A stretch of DNA of 64,000 nucleotides from Candidatus Hodarchaeota archaeon (GCA_029856365.1 JAHQWW010000010.1:1-64000); one strand, 5' to 3'. Positions 1-10,138 are shown, numbered from the stretch's first letter. The notes: generated by a model from the letters alone, not told the origin. Numbers and translations: made by a program.

Positions 1-3
1 CCA

Positions 4-2313
4 ATGTTACTCTTTAATGAAGGCTACACTCATCCCCTTGACAATGATACGGATGATGACTCCTTCTATCAGTACTACGATGGTACTATTGCTGGTACAT
101 CCTCATCTAGAATATACACTCGTGATATGAGAGACGGAATCGAAATCAAGGGAATTGCTGCTACCCTTTTTGAAGATGGTGAACCAGTTTCTAAGCTTTT
201 TCATACAAATCCCTGTAATCCTGACAGTGATGGAGATACTGGACAGGGAAGAGAAGCTAAACCTGGTTGTTTCTTGAACTCAGATGGTTATGAATTGAGT
301 TTAGAGCCCTATGCAAGCGACCCTCTAGATTCAGATACCGATAACGACGGATTAATTGATGGACTAGAAGGTACTTTACTTCCAGAGAGAAATTATTCAA
401 CGAATTTCTACAACCCAGATACAGACGGAGATTCTCTTCCTGATGGACTTGAACTGGCATTAGGATCAGACCCAAGTAATATTGACACAGATAACGACCT
501 TGTACCAGATGGAGACGAATTCTTCAAATACTGTACTAATCCATTTATGCCTGATACAGATTTTGACGGTGTGAAAGATTATTGGGAGTTGACCATCAGT
601 CATACGAGTCCTCACAGTGGAGATACTGATGGAGATGGATTAAGGGACTTTAATGAAATATTTGTCTATGGTACTGATCCTGTAGATGAAGATTCCGATA
701 ATGATGACATCACAGATCGAGATGAATTAATTGAATTTGGTACAGACCCAATGAACCCTGATAGTGACGAGGATGGCCTTCGAGATGGTCCAGAGATCTT
801 TAAATACGAAACAGATCCCAATAACATTGACTCTGATTTCGATTCAATCCTAAGTCCAGATGAAAATGGGGATCCAACATTTTTATGGACTGATTATGAT
901 GAAATTCAATATGGAACAAATCCTAAATCAATTGATAGTGATAACGATTCTTTGTTTGACTCATGGGAGTTATACTTAGCCCATGGAGATATTCCTAATT
1001 TTGTAAATATACCATTAAATCCCCTTGACAATGATACGGACGATGATGGATTAACAGATGGTAAAGAACTAGTGGTTAGTGAAATAGAAATCCTTGTTTT
1101 CCCATTTATTGGCTATCAAACCGTTTTTCCTTATATTACTTCTCCCGTTGACCCAGATAGCGATGATGATGGTCTTGGAGATAAATTCGAAATTGATAAC
1201 AATCTGAGGCCAGATCTAATAGATTCTGATAATGATACAATTTCTGATTGGGACGAAATCTATAAGCATGAGACTGATTCAAGGAAAAATGATACTGATG
1301 GTGATGGCCTTTCAGATAACGATGAAGTTACACAACTCAATACTTCTGCTGGTATTGGTTCGGGAACCAGTTCATATAATCCTCGATACCTAACTAATGC
1401 ACTCGACCCAGATAGTGATGATGATGGTTGGCCCGATGGTTTGGAGGTTCTTGCTACAGATGGTGATCCACGATATAATCCATATAATCCTGACACAAAT
1501 AATAATGGTATCTTGGATGGATATGAAAGAGATTTCGACCATGATCTAATTTCTGATGGGGACGAATATTACACCTACAATTCTTATGGAACAGAACATG
1601 GGGGTTTCCTTGATTACAGGAACCCTGATTCGGACTTTGATGGTCTTATGGATGGTGATGAGATTCTTGTTTATGGAACACTGCCTTATAGTGCTGATAC
1701 TGATTTTGATGGTTATAGTGATCCTTTAGAGCTGTGGATTGGAACGGATCCCTTAGTCTTCACATCAGAAGAAGAATTCTTGGCCGCTGTTCTTCGTTTA
1801 ACTTCACCATTACAAATGAAATCACCCGTACATAATGGAACGTATGCAGCAGGCTCAATATCCTTCGAAATGTTAAACCTGACAACATTAAATCGCGATC
1901 AAGTGTATTTCCGTTATAGGATGATATCAGGAAGTGAAACAACTACTCCTACAACCAGTCCCGTAACTAGCCAAGTTCCTAATGACACTACTGCTATTGT
2001 TGTTGGTAACTGGAGTGAGAATTACAAGCTAAAATATCAGGGTTATTCTCGTTGGACTCATGGAGGAATAATTTTTGAAGAAGGTGAATATGAATTACAG
2101 GTCTTTGGATTAGCAGTTAATTATAGCTATCCAACCTCACCTGATAGATTCATTGACTCCGTTTTACTTGAAAATGCCATCAAATTCCATGTTGTCAAGA
2201 CGGAAATAGACTGGGGCCCTATTATTGTTGGTGGTTTTGCTGCAGCGGTTTTAATCGCGGGTGCAGCCTTTGTTGCATTTTGGATCATTAGAAGGAGACG
2301 TGCCCTTGTTTAG
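4..2313 (+). CDS. Large Ca2+-binding (DxDxDG / thrombospondin type-3-like repeat) cell-surface protein with C-terminal membrane anchor; probably 5'-truncated by the window edge
   Basis: About 20 P-x-x-x-D-[ST]-D-x-D-G-L-x-D-G-x-E repeats, a Thr-rich linker, and a C-terminal hydrophobic helix followed by RRRR. No signal peptide visible, and repeats start immediately. Confidence 0.85.
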   Translation: MLLFNEGYTHPLDNDTDDDSFYQYYDGTIAGTSSSRIYTRDMRDGIEIKGIAATLFEDGEPVSKLFHTNPCNPDSDGDTGQGREAKPGCFLNSDGYELSLEPYASDPLDSDTDNDGLIDGLEGTLLPERNYSTNFYNPDTDGDSLPDGLELALGSDPSNIDTDNDLVPDGDEFFKYCTNPFMPDTDFDGVKDYWELTISHTSPHSGDTDGDGLRDFNEIFVYGTDPVDEDSDNDDITDRDELIEFGTDPMNPDSDEDGLRDGPEIFKYETDPNNIDSDFDSILSPDENGDPTFLWTDYDEIQYGTNPKSIDSDNDSLFDSWELYLAHGDIPNFVNIPLNPLDNDTDDDGLTDGKELVVSEIEILVFPFIGYQTVFPYITSPVDPDSDDDGLGDKFEIDNNLRPDLIDSDNDTISDWDEIYKHETDSRKNDTDGDGLSDNDEVTQLNTSAGIGSGTSSYNPRYLTNALDPDSDDDGWPDGLEVLATDGDPRYNPYNPDTNNNGILDGYERDFDHDLISDGDEYYTYNSYGTEHGGFLDYRNPDSDFDGLMDGDEILVYGTLPYSADTDFDGYSDPLELWIGTDPLVFTSEEEFLAAVLRLTSPLQMKSPVHNGTYAAGSISFEMLNLTTLNRDQVYFRYRMISGSETTTPTTSPVTSQVPNDTTAIVVGNWSENYKLKYQGYSRWTHGGIIFEEGEYELQVFGLAVNYSYPTSPDRFIDSVLLENAIKFHVVKTEIDWGPIIVGGFAAAVLIAGAAFVAFWIIRRRRALV

Positions 2314-2325
2314 GAGTGATCTACA

Positions 2326-4896
2326 ATGAAAACCAGACAGATAATCCTTTTAACTTTCTTGGTTGCTTCAGTAACATTTACATGCATTAATACTTCTCAA
2401 ATGATTTCCCTACAATCTATTCCAAAAACTGATCAGGTTAATGATCCAAATCTATTAAATAGCCAAAAAATAGATATGCAAATCCAACAAGATAGCGATG
2501 GGGTGAGACTCACTCTGGACGGAAATGGCCAGTCCTTAATCTTTAATTCTAATGATTTTTTGAAAGATATTTCCATTCAACAAACGATAAAATCTATTTC
2601 AATCATTAATGCTCCTAATAGTACTATTGGCAAAGTTCTTAACACCCCTATTTTGTGCCAAGACAGCCCTTACTCGATAATTGCAAATAATACAATTGCA
2701 AATGTCACAAGATCTTCCTATACATATGGAATAATGCTTGATAACAGTCCACATTCGGAAATCTATAATAATACGATTTTCAATGTGACTTCAACTTCTG
2801 ATTCTGCATCAGGGATCCATCTGGTTAATTCTCAAAATACAACTATCAGAAACAATACAATAGATAAAATTGCTTCTAATGCTATAGGTTATTTTGAATC
2901 CAAAGATTCTTGCGGTATATTAATCGATTCTAGCAATGAGGTAGAAATTTTTGATACAATTATTGAAAATTTAGACGATGGATATGGATACGGATGTGGA
3001 ATCTTAGTAACTTCGTCATTAAATATTGAAATAAATGATTCTTTCATCAATGTTATCCGCTCAAGCTCCTCTCAAGGTATTTATGCAGCAGATAGTGGAA
3101 CTTCAGTTACGAAAAATAACACTATTACTAACATAACCTCATTTTCGCAAGCTTCAACAGGCATTTCATTACAAAATAGTCCTGATTCTTTATTGATTCA
3201 TAATAATATTACTGCAATAAGTGGAACAGATCAAGTAAGTGGAGTGGCTTTAGATAATAGTAATAATTCAATTGTTGGAAATAACAGTATTCAAACACTT
3301 TCTACCTCTTCACATCTTCGTTTTCTAGTTGGTATAGGTCTAAAATCAAGTGAGGCTATAAGAATTGAATGGAACATTTTAGCAAACCTTGATTCATCAG
3401 ATTCCGAAGCAATAGGTATTTTTACTGAGAAAAGTAAGAATTTAGAAGTTAATAATAATACAATTATTAATGTTACATCCTCTTTTGGATTCTACTTTAT
3501 CAAAATCGATGGTGCCTCTATCAGTTGGAATAATTTGACAAATGTACAGAATTTGATTTATATTGATGAGACAAGTAAAAATGTTCTTTATTCACATAAC
3601 ATTGTTGATGGTCAGAATGTTACTCTTCAAACTTTCACAAGACCCACTGATCTGGTTTTTTTAGAAGGGGATACATCATATATTATTTCTTGGATAGCAT
3701 CAGACCCCAATGCAGATAATTACACCATATATAAAGATGATGTACTAATAGACAATGGAACATGGACAGATGGTTCACCAATTAACCATCTCCTTAATTA
3801 CCAGCTCCCAGTAGGTGTGAATCATACTTATCATATAGTTCTGACTGAAAATACAGGTTATAATATTACTGACTATGTTTGTGTTAGAGTTATTGAAATA
3901 GATCTTCCCCAGCTGGTCAATGCTCCAAGCGATCTATATATTGGGCTTGAGACTACTAATCAAATATTATCATGGAATCTGACTGATAGTCATCCAGGTA
4001 ATTATACTATCTATCAAAATGGGTCAATTTTTTGGTTTGATTCATGGACCTCGTCAATACCTATTAATTATAATATGAGTAATGATATAAATTTTCTTGG
4101 AGTGTATAATTATACCATTATAGCTGATGATACTTCGGGAAACATTATTAATGACACCGTCTTTGTATTTGTGTTAAATGTTACTGACATTTCTATTAAA
4201 TCTAAACACTATATCATGTGTGAATATGGAGAGACGGGAAATGTTTTAAATTGGACTGTAATCAGTCTTAAAGGTGGAACTTATACCATCTATCTAATAA
4301 ATGGAACAAAGAAAACTCAATTGACTACAGGGGCATTTAATCCCAGAGAACCTATAGTTTATCCTGCTGATGGACTTCCCATTGGATTACATAATTTTAC
4401 AATTGTAGTGAAAAGTGAGGGTCGCCCGCCTATCGAAGATTATTTTCTTGTTAGAGTTAGTGCTAACCCTGATATTGAAAGTGGTCAAGATATGGCAAAT
4501 ATAACTCATCAACGTTATTCCGAACCAGTTTATAAGTTTATACCACCAGAAAATCCTTGGCCGCCGATTATTACGGGAGGATTTCTAGTATTAGCTTCTT
4601 GTATTGTGGGATATTGGTATATCACTCGTCGTTTAATGGTTCCTTCGGCTGTGAAAAACGAGAAAAAGGCTATTAAGAAAGCTCGTAAAGCAAAAGACAT
4701 ATATGAAGAGGGGAAACGACTTGGAGCTATCGGTCGTGTCTATTTTAAAGCAGGAAGTTATAGAAAGGCAATTAAAAGTCATAAACAGGCACTTGCCATA
4801 TTCGAAAAGATTGGGGATAAAAAGGCCCAGATAAGAGAGCTAGAAAGCCTAGGAAATGCATATTTAGCCCAAGGAGTTGAAGAAAGACATGACTGA
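2326..4896 (+). CDS. Type I membrane protein: signal peptide, parallel beta-helix (NosD/pectin-lyase-like), Ig-like repeats, TM helix, cytoplasmic TPR tail
   Basis: Hydrophobic N-terminus; repeated GI-x-L-x-x-S...N-N-T-I motifs; W-x-x-x-D...Y-T-I-Y-x-x-G Ig-like repeats; TM PIITGGFLVLASCIVGYWY; TPR LGAIGRVYFKAGSYRKAIKSHKQAL. GGAG RBS upstream. Confidence 0.85.
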   Translation: MKTRQIILLTFLVASVTFTCINTSQMISLQSIPKTDQVNDPNLLNSQKIDMQIQQDSDGVRLTLDGNGQSLIFNSNDFLKDISIQQTIKSISIINAPNSTIGKVLNTPILCQDSPYSIIANNTIANVTRSSYTYGIMLDNSPHSEIYNNTIFNVTSTSDSASGIHLVNSQNTTIRNNTIDKIASNAIGYFESKDSCGILIDSSNEVEIFDTIIENLDDGYGYGCGILVTSSLNIEINDSFINVIRSSSSQGIYAADSGTSVTKNNTITNITSFSQASTGISLQNSPDSLLIHNNITAISGTDQVSGVALDNSNNSIVGNNSIQTLSTSSHLRFLVGIGLKSSEAIRIEWNILANLDSSDSEAIGIFTEKSKNLEVNNNTIINVTSSFGFYFIKIDGASISWNNLTNVQNLIYIDETSKNVLYSHNIVDGQNVTLQTFTRPTDLVFLEGDTSYIISWIASDPNADNYTIYKDDVLIDNGTWTDGSPINHLLNYQLPVGVNHTYHIVLTENTGYNITDYVCVRVIEIDLPQLVNAPSDLYIGLETTNQILSWNLTDSHPGNYTIYQNGSIFWFDSWTSSIPINYNMSNDINFLGVYNYTIIADDTSGNIINDTVFVFVLNVTDISIKSKHYIMCEYGETGNVLNWTVISLKGGTYTIYLINGTKKTQLTTGAFNPREPIVYPADGLPIGLHNFTIVVKSEGRPPIEDYFLVRVSANPDIESGQDMANITHQRYSEPVYKFIPPENPWPPIITGGFLVLASCIVGYWYITRRLMVPSAVKNEKKAIKKARKAKDIYEEGKRLGAIGRVYFKAGSYRKAIKSHKQALAIFEKIGDKKAQIRELESLGNAYLAQGVEERHD

Positions 4897-7651
4897 GCCC
4901 AATACTTTGACAAACATAAAAACAAAGAAATCTGAACCTGAAATGGACTTATTATTTGAAATTCAGGAAAACTATTTAGAACGCTCCACAAAGTATTTTG
5001 AGGAAGCAATAAACATTGCACGTCAAATCAATGATAAACCTACTGAAGCTAGAATACTTGGAAAATTAGCAGATGTTTTTGATAAATTAGATGACTCAAC
5101 TGCCTCTATTGAGAATTACAAGAATTCATGTGAAATTTATCAGACTTTAGACGATAAAAGTAATGAATTAAAGATCTTAATGAAGTTAGGAAAAATTCAA
5201 AGGCTTGCAGGGAAGCTTAATGATTCTAGAGATTCATATCAACGAGCAGCGACTTTGGCTAATGAAAGTGGAGAATTATCTGCCGAAGAAAAATGTTATG
5301 GAAACCTAGGTATTGATCACCTAGATAATAATGACATTGAGAAAGCAGAGAATTGGTTTGAAAAAGCTTTGAACCTGAGTAGAAAATTAAATGATAAGAA
5401 AAATGAAGCAAAATGGATAAATTATCTTGGTCAATGTTATCATAATTTAGGGGATTTCAAGAAAGCAATTTCATCCTTCGAAAAAGCAATACTTCTAGCA
5501 AAGGAGGCTTCCGATAAAAAATTAGAAGGATTGGGTTACGCCCACTATGGGAAAACCAATTTTGCTGAGAATGAATTATCTAAGGCTATTGAAAATCTTG
5601 AAAAAGCTGTAGAGATTACACATTCAATTAGATCTAAAGAAGAGGAAGCAAGATATTCAGGATTGCTAGCTGACGTTTATTTCGCTAGTGGTGACATAGA
5701 AAAGGCAAAAAACAATTATGAAAAATCAGCTAGAGTGTTAAAATCATCTGATGATAAGAAAGCATTTGAAGTACAACTGGGTAAAGTTGGTACAGCCTAC
5801 TATGAAATGGAGCAATATCAAAAGGCTAGCAAGCATTTAAAAAAGGCAGCGGGTATTGCTGAAGAGATTGACAAAGATAATGCTATGGAATGGTATGGGA
5901 AGTTAGCAGAAGCTGAAACCAAGATCGATCAAAATGAACAGGCAATCGAGCATTTCAAAGAAGCTATAATGTTAGCACGCTCTGGAAAACATAACGAAAA
6001 ACAAGCAATGTACCACCTAGGTCTGGGGAAGATATATGAAGAAATGGGCAATACAACAGACGCGAGTTCAGAATTCAATAGAGCTCTCAAATTAGCAGAA
6101 GAAACAGAGGATAAAAAAGACAATATTGAGGTACTAATAGCTCTTGGAAGAACACAATATGATTTATCAAAGTATGATAAAGCTCTATCTTATTATAATG
6201 AAGCTCAAAAGCTAGCGGAAAAGATAAGTGACATTGAAAGTCAGATTCACTCATTAGAACAACAAGCACAAGCGCAAATAGCATTAGGAAAGCCAAAACA
6301 AGCCCTAACAGCCTACAAAGCATCATTAGAAATAGCAAAAACTATTAAAGACAAAAGTGCAAAGATTGATGCAGTACAACAACACTTAGGTAACATAGGT
6401 AACGTACATTATGATAATGGGGAATATAGATTAGCTAAAAAACACTATAAAGAGGCTTTAGACAAAGCGCAAGAGATTGACCTAAGATTATATGAGGGGA
6501 AGTGGACAGGATCACTAGGGAATATCGCTATTGCTGAAGATAATATCCCAAATGCAATTGATTATTATGAAGATGCTTTGAAAATAGTTAAACACTTAGG
6601 TATTAGAAAAGAAGAAGCACGATGGTTAGTGAAGCTCGGGTACGCTTATGAAAAACAGGGAAGTATAAATAGAGCGATTGATCTTAATGAGAAAGCCTTG
6701 AAAAAGCTTTCAGATTTGGATAAAGAGATTGAGGAGGAAATTCGCATAAACCTTGGTTCAGAGTACTTACAGACAGGTGATTATTCCAAATCTATCAAAA
6801 ATAGTGAACGTGGGATTCAGATCGCTGATGACCTTTCTCTAACCGTTCAGAAAGGAACCCTATATTCCAATCTGGGTCAAGCCTATTTAGCCCAAAACAA
6901 AAACCAAAAAGCCATTACTTCCTTTGAAGAAGCATTAAAAATTGCTCAAAAGTATGATGAAAAGCAATCTCAACTAAAACATTTAATAAATCTAGGAAGA
7001 AGCCACTTAAAGAGTGATGAAAAGAAAGCTATAAGCTTCTTTCGAAAAGCTGTAGGCATTGCTTCTAAGGTCGAGAATAAGGAAGCCGAAGAAAATTTGT
7101 ATATAGATATTGCTGATGCCTACCAATATGTTGGTCGTTTTGATCTAGTTAGAAAAAATATTGAAAAAGCCTTTAACATGGCTCCGACAAAAGAACGTAA
7201 AGCAAGATGGCGTATTAAACTCGGTGACATGCTTTCCAAGGGGGGAAAATACAAAGATTCTCTTACAGAATATGAGAAATCCCTCGAGTATGTTAAAAGC
7301 ATGGATGAGGAGACCAAAGGAGAATTATATGCAAAAATGGGTCTTATGATACAAAAGACTTCAAGTGCAAAGGATCAAGTGGAAGAAGCAGTGAAATATC
7401 TTGAGAAAGCTATATCTATCGCCGAGGAATATGACAATAAGCAAAATCTGTGTAATTGGCGAACAGCAATTGGCAGCCTTTATATGGATCTGGAAAGATG
7501 GGGGAAAGCACGCAACATTATCGAATCAGCTTTGAGACTAGCTAAGGAGATTGGTGATAAGAATAATGAAAAAATAAATTACTCCAATCTGTCAAAACTA
7601 ACAAGATTAGCAGAGATTCAAAAGGAAAAAGATGATCTTACTGGAGGATGA
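4877..7651 (+). CDS. All-TPR solenoid protein (~40-aa repeats, roughly 20+ copies); true start may be ATG at 4889
   Basis: Repeated LG-x-x-Y...G-x-x-x-x-A-x-x-x-[FY]-x-x-A-L motif throughout. AGGAG at 4872-4876. Confidence 0.9.
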   Translation: MKKDMTEPNTLTNIKTKKSEPEMDLLFEIQENYLERSTKYFEEAINIARQINDKPTEARILGKLADVFDKLDDSTASIENYKNSCEIYQTLDDKSNELKILMKLGKIQRLAGKLNDSRDSYQRAATLANESGELSAEEKCYGNLGIDHLDNNDIEKAENWFEKALNLSRKLNDKKNEAKWINYLGQCYHNLGDFKKAISSFEKAILLAKEASDKKLEGLGYAHYGKTNFAENELSKAIENLEKAVEITHSIRSKEEEARYSGLLADVYFASGDIEKAKNNYEKSARVLKSSDDKKAFEVQLGKVGTAYYEMEQYQKASKHLKKAAGIAEEIDKDNAMEWYGKLAEAETKIDQNEQAIEHFKEAIMLARSGKHNEKQAMYHLGLGKIYEEMGNTTDASSEFNRALKLAEETEDKKDNIEVLIALGRTQYDLSKYDKALSYYNEAQKLAEKISDIESQIHSLEQQAQAQIALGKPKQALTAYKASLEIAKTIKDKSAKIDAVQQHLGNIGNVHYDNGEYRLAKKHYKEALDKAQEIDLRLYEGKWTGSLGNIAIAEDNIPNAIDYYEDALKIVKHLGIRKEEARWLVKLGYAYEKQGSINRAIDLNEKALKKLSDLDKEIEEEIRINLGSEYLQTGDYSKSIKNSERGIQIADDLSLTVQKGTLYSNLGQAYLAQNKNQKAITSFEEALKIAQKYDEKQSQLKHLINLGRSHLKSDEKKAISFFRKAVGIASKVENKEAEENLYIDIADAYQYVGRFDLVRKNIEKAFNMAPTKERKARWRIKLGDMLSKGGKYKDSLTEYEKSLEYVKSMDEETKGELYAKMGLMIQKTSSAKDQVEEAVKYLEKAISIAEEYDNKQNLCNWRTAIGSLYMDLERWGKARNIIESALRLAKEIGDKNNEKINYSNLSKLTRLAEIQKEKDDLTGG

Positions 7652-7727
7652 AATTATCTTTCCGGATATCTTCCTAATATTGTTCACGAAATGGTTATTT
7701 GAAACAAAGAAAGAGCAAGAAGTATAA

Positions 7728-8510
7728 TTAATATTCTATTACATATCTAGGATAAGTAGATTTTGCTCTTTCTGCAATGTCAATGTCTATTTCTAAAGTT
7801 TTGAAAGGATTCTGGTCATCAGTTTTTTCAAGGACGTTACCTTCAGGATCAATTATCCATCCCACTCCGCCAAAGATTGTTCTATCATCTAGAGCCATCC
7901 CTTGGTGGTTCGAAGAAAGACAGAAAGCACCACTAATTACCGCCGCAGCTCTTCCCCCAACAATCCATTTATCCACTGTTTCAGAGGGTGTAGCTCTGGG
8001 ACACACAAGAAAATGAATACCTTGTTTTGCATATTCTCTAGCATGCTCCATAAACCAGAGTTCAGTGCAAATTAAAAATCCAATGATTATTCCTCCAAAC
8101 GAAAAAACTTGAAAGGATTTTTTACCGCGATCATACCATTTTGCTTCCCAGAATCCTTCTTCATTAGGTAAATATACCTTTTCATGGAGATCCTGAATTC
8201 CAAAATCAGCAGACCAGATATACCCTTTATTATAACGTTTATTAGATTCTGAATGAATTGTAGGTCTCGTTCCGATTACAAGATCCACCCCTAATTCAGG
8301 TAATTTTTGATTCCAAAGCTTATGTGATTCTACAGCATTTTGCCATAACTGTACGTCAACTGCTTGTAATGAACAAATCCAAGGGTAAAAAGGCATTTCA
8401 GGAAGTAATACAAAATCACTTTTATGTTGATTAGTATATTTCACCAATTGCTGCCAATGATTATCAAACTTATCTTCTTCAGTAGATAATTGACAAACAG
8501 TAACTTTCAT
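7728..8510 (-). CDS. Carbon-nitrogen hydrolase (nitrilase superfamily)
   Basis: Catalytic triad motifs LLPE, HEKVYLP and ICTELWF; WIIDPEG. Confidence 0.9.
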   Translation of the reverse strand: MKVTVCQLSTEEDKFDNHWQQLVKYTNQHKSDFVLLPEMPFYPWICSLQAVDVQLWQNAVESHKLWNQKLPELGVDLVIGTRPTIHSESNKRYNKGYIWSADFGIQDLHEKVYLPNEEGFWEAKWYDRGKKSFQVFSFGGIIIGFLICTELWFMEHAREYAKQGIHFLVCPRATPSETVDKWIVGGRAAAVISGAFCLSSNHQGMALDDRTIFGGVGWIIDPEGNVLEKTDDQNPFKTLEIDIDIAERAKSTYPRYVIEY

Positions 8511-8565
8511 ACTAAATCTCTCATTTAGTAATTATCCATCGAACTCTTTTGTAAATTTCTCCCCC

Positions 8566-8661
8566 TTAAAAAATCAAAACTCGCGTAAATCCGAGTCTCT
8601 CATTGAATTCTGTAATTAAATAATCAATTTTAGGTGCCAACAGCCGTATAAAACCCCAATA
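8566..8661 (-). pseudogene. Remnant of the 3' end of a PLP-enzyme gene (diverged copy of the end of 11684-13159)
   Basis: Translates YWGFIRLLAPKIDYLITEFNERLG versus YWSSIKLLTPKIDSLIKEFNEKVG at the C-terminus of the 11684-13159 product (16/24 identical by hand). Confidence 0.8.
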
Positions 8662-9007
8662 GCTAAACCACACAGATAGAATGGCCACATGTGGTGAGAT
8701 TAAGACAAATAAGTCATAAACTTGAAGGTAATGATCTCTCAAGTATTTATACTTCGATCTAAATCTTTCTCTTTATTTTCTGGTCTGTTTGATTTTACTT
8801 CATGATTCGTACTGAGCACCTTTTTCAAGATCTTAACGAGGTTTTACAGACCATTTCATTGGATAAAGGTAATTTTATTGGTTAACTAGACCATAATTTC
8901 AAGAGTTACAGGTCAGGTATATACCCTAGTGAGATGTGCGCGAAATTCTAATTTTTTCTTTTTTGACTTTTCAGGGGTAAGAGAAAAAAAGCAAGTTTGA
9001 GAATAAT

Positions 9008-9079
9008 TTTAACATAACTGCCAGTTACGATAATAGTAAGTTATGTTAAGAAATCGACACATAACTTAGTAAGTTATGC
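9008..9079. repeat. Cluster of inverted and direct repeats resembling tyrosine-recombinase core sites (dif/attC-like)
   Basis: TTTAACATAA (9008-9017) is inverted to TTATGTTAAG (9041-9050). Palindrome CATAACTTA-G-TAAGTTATG (9060-9078). Direct repeat TAGTAAGTTATG at 9034 and 9067. Confidence 0.55.
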
Positions 9080-9115
9080 GAATTTTTTTTCATGTTTTGA
9101 AAACTCATGAAATAA

Positions 9116-10138
9116 TCAAAAATCGATTAGATCCGAGATTTCGTCAAATGGGGAAAATGACTTCGTATCAAAAATAGCGCTTGTTTCGCCTTTTTTCAAT
9201 CCTTTGCCAAGATTTTGATCCATTGATCGTGCTTTTTTATCAACTGTTTTTAATGAAAGATGAGATTTTTTGTCAGGTGTTTTACTTAGTATTCTTTTTG
9301 ATTTAATAGCCGATAAATCTTTTACTGTAATTTTCTTCCCTGTTTCACTTATTTTTTCCATTGATTCCTCTGACGCAAGATTGGTAACTTTCGATTTAAC
9401 ATATTTAGCACCCGAAACAACCGCTTTACTTATTTTAACCATCGTTGTTTTGGCATTCCCAATCATATGTCGCAATGAATCATTAAATGAAATATCTTTA
9501 TTTAATATTTCCCGTTCATACGTATTATAGGCAATTAAAGACAAAAAGAATAACACGATAGTCATCAAGATCATGAAGAATAAATTATGTGTGATAATTC
9601 GGATAATAGTGTCTACAATAGGAATACGAACGCCCGGCGGCCGTGCTGGTGAGGGTGGAGCACCTACTTCCCCCCATTGAATATCAAAATAGGTACCCAC
9701 TCCGTCCGCATATTTTGTGATACTGCGTGCGTTATCACTTACTTCATAGTAAAATTGATAATATACTCCGTCAACTTGCCTGGGAAACGTGTATCCAAAT
9801 GTAAAATTATCTTGTTTCGCGTTTTGGGATTGAAAAATCATCGCTTGGGAAAGATTTTCACTGGCAAACGAATCGGAGGAATAATAAAATACAACGGTTA
9901 ATTCAGTCGACGTATTATCAATATCACGAATTTCGGCGTAAAATTCTTTGTCGACATTAATATCTAATATTTCCCCACCCGCATACCAACTAAGAAAATT
10001 TGGGGCATCATTATCGGTATCTTCTTGAAAGTCTCCCGTACTGGTATTGTCCGTGGCAGCAACAAAAGTAAAAGACGGAAATACCACTAAGACAAGAATA
10101 AATCCAATACATAACACATGGTATTTCGTCTTTCGCAA
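9116..10138 (-). CDS. Hypothetical membrane protein (signal peptide, beta-rich ectodomain, Pro-rich linker, TM helix, Lys-rich tail)
   Basis: 340-aa ORF with GGAGGA RBS; two hydrophobic segments. Confidence 0.75.
   Translation of the reverse strand: MRKTKYHVLCIGFILVLVVFPSFTFVAATDNTSTGDFQEDTDNDAPNFLSWYAGGEILDINVDKEFYAEIRDIDNTSTELTVVFYYSSDSFASENLSQAMIFQSQNAKQDNFTFGYTFPRQVDGVYYQFYYEVSDNARSITKYADGVGTYFDIQWGEVGAPPSPARPPGVRIPIVDTIIRIITHNLFFMILMTIVLFFLSLIAYNTYEREILNKDISFNDSLRHMIGNAKTTMVKISKAVVSGAKYVKSKVTNLASEESMEKISETGKKITVKDLSAIKSKRILSKTPDKKSHLSLKTVDKKARSMDQNLGKGLKKGETSAIFDTKSFSPFDEISDLIDF

Noticed and set aside
4868-4896. Programmed ribosomal frameshift as the definite link between the receptor and TPR genes
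   Set aside because: No canonical slippery sequence, and the downstream gene has its own RBS and start codon; kept only as an alternative explanation.
9008-9079. CRISPR mini-array
   Set aside because: The repeats are only 12 bp, in two copies, with no cas genes.
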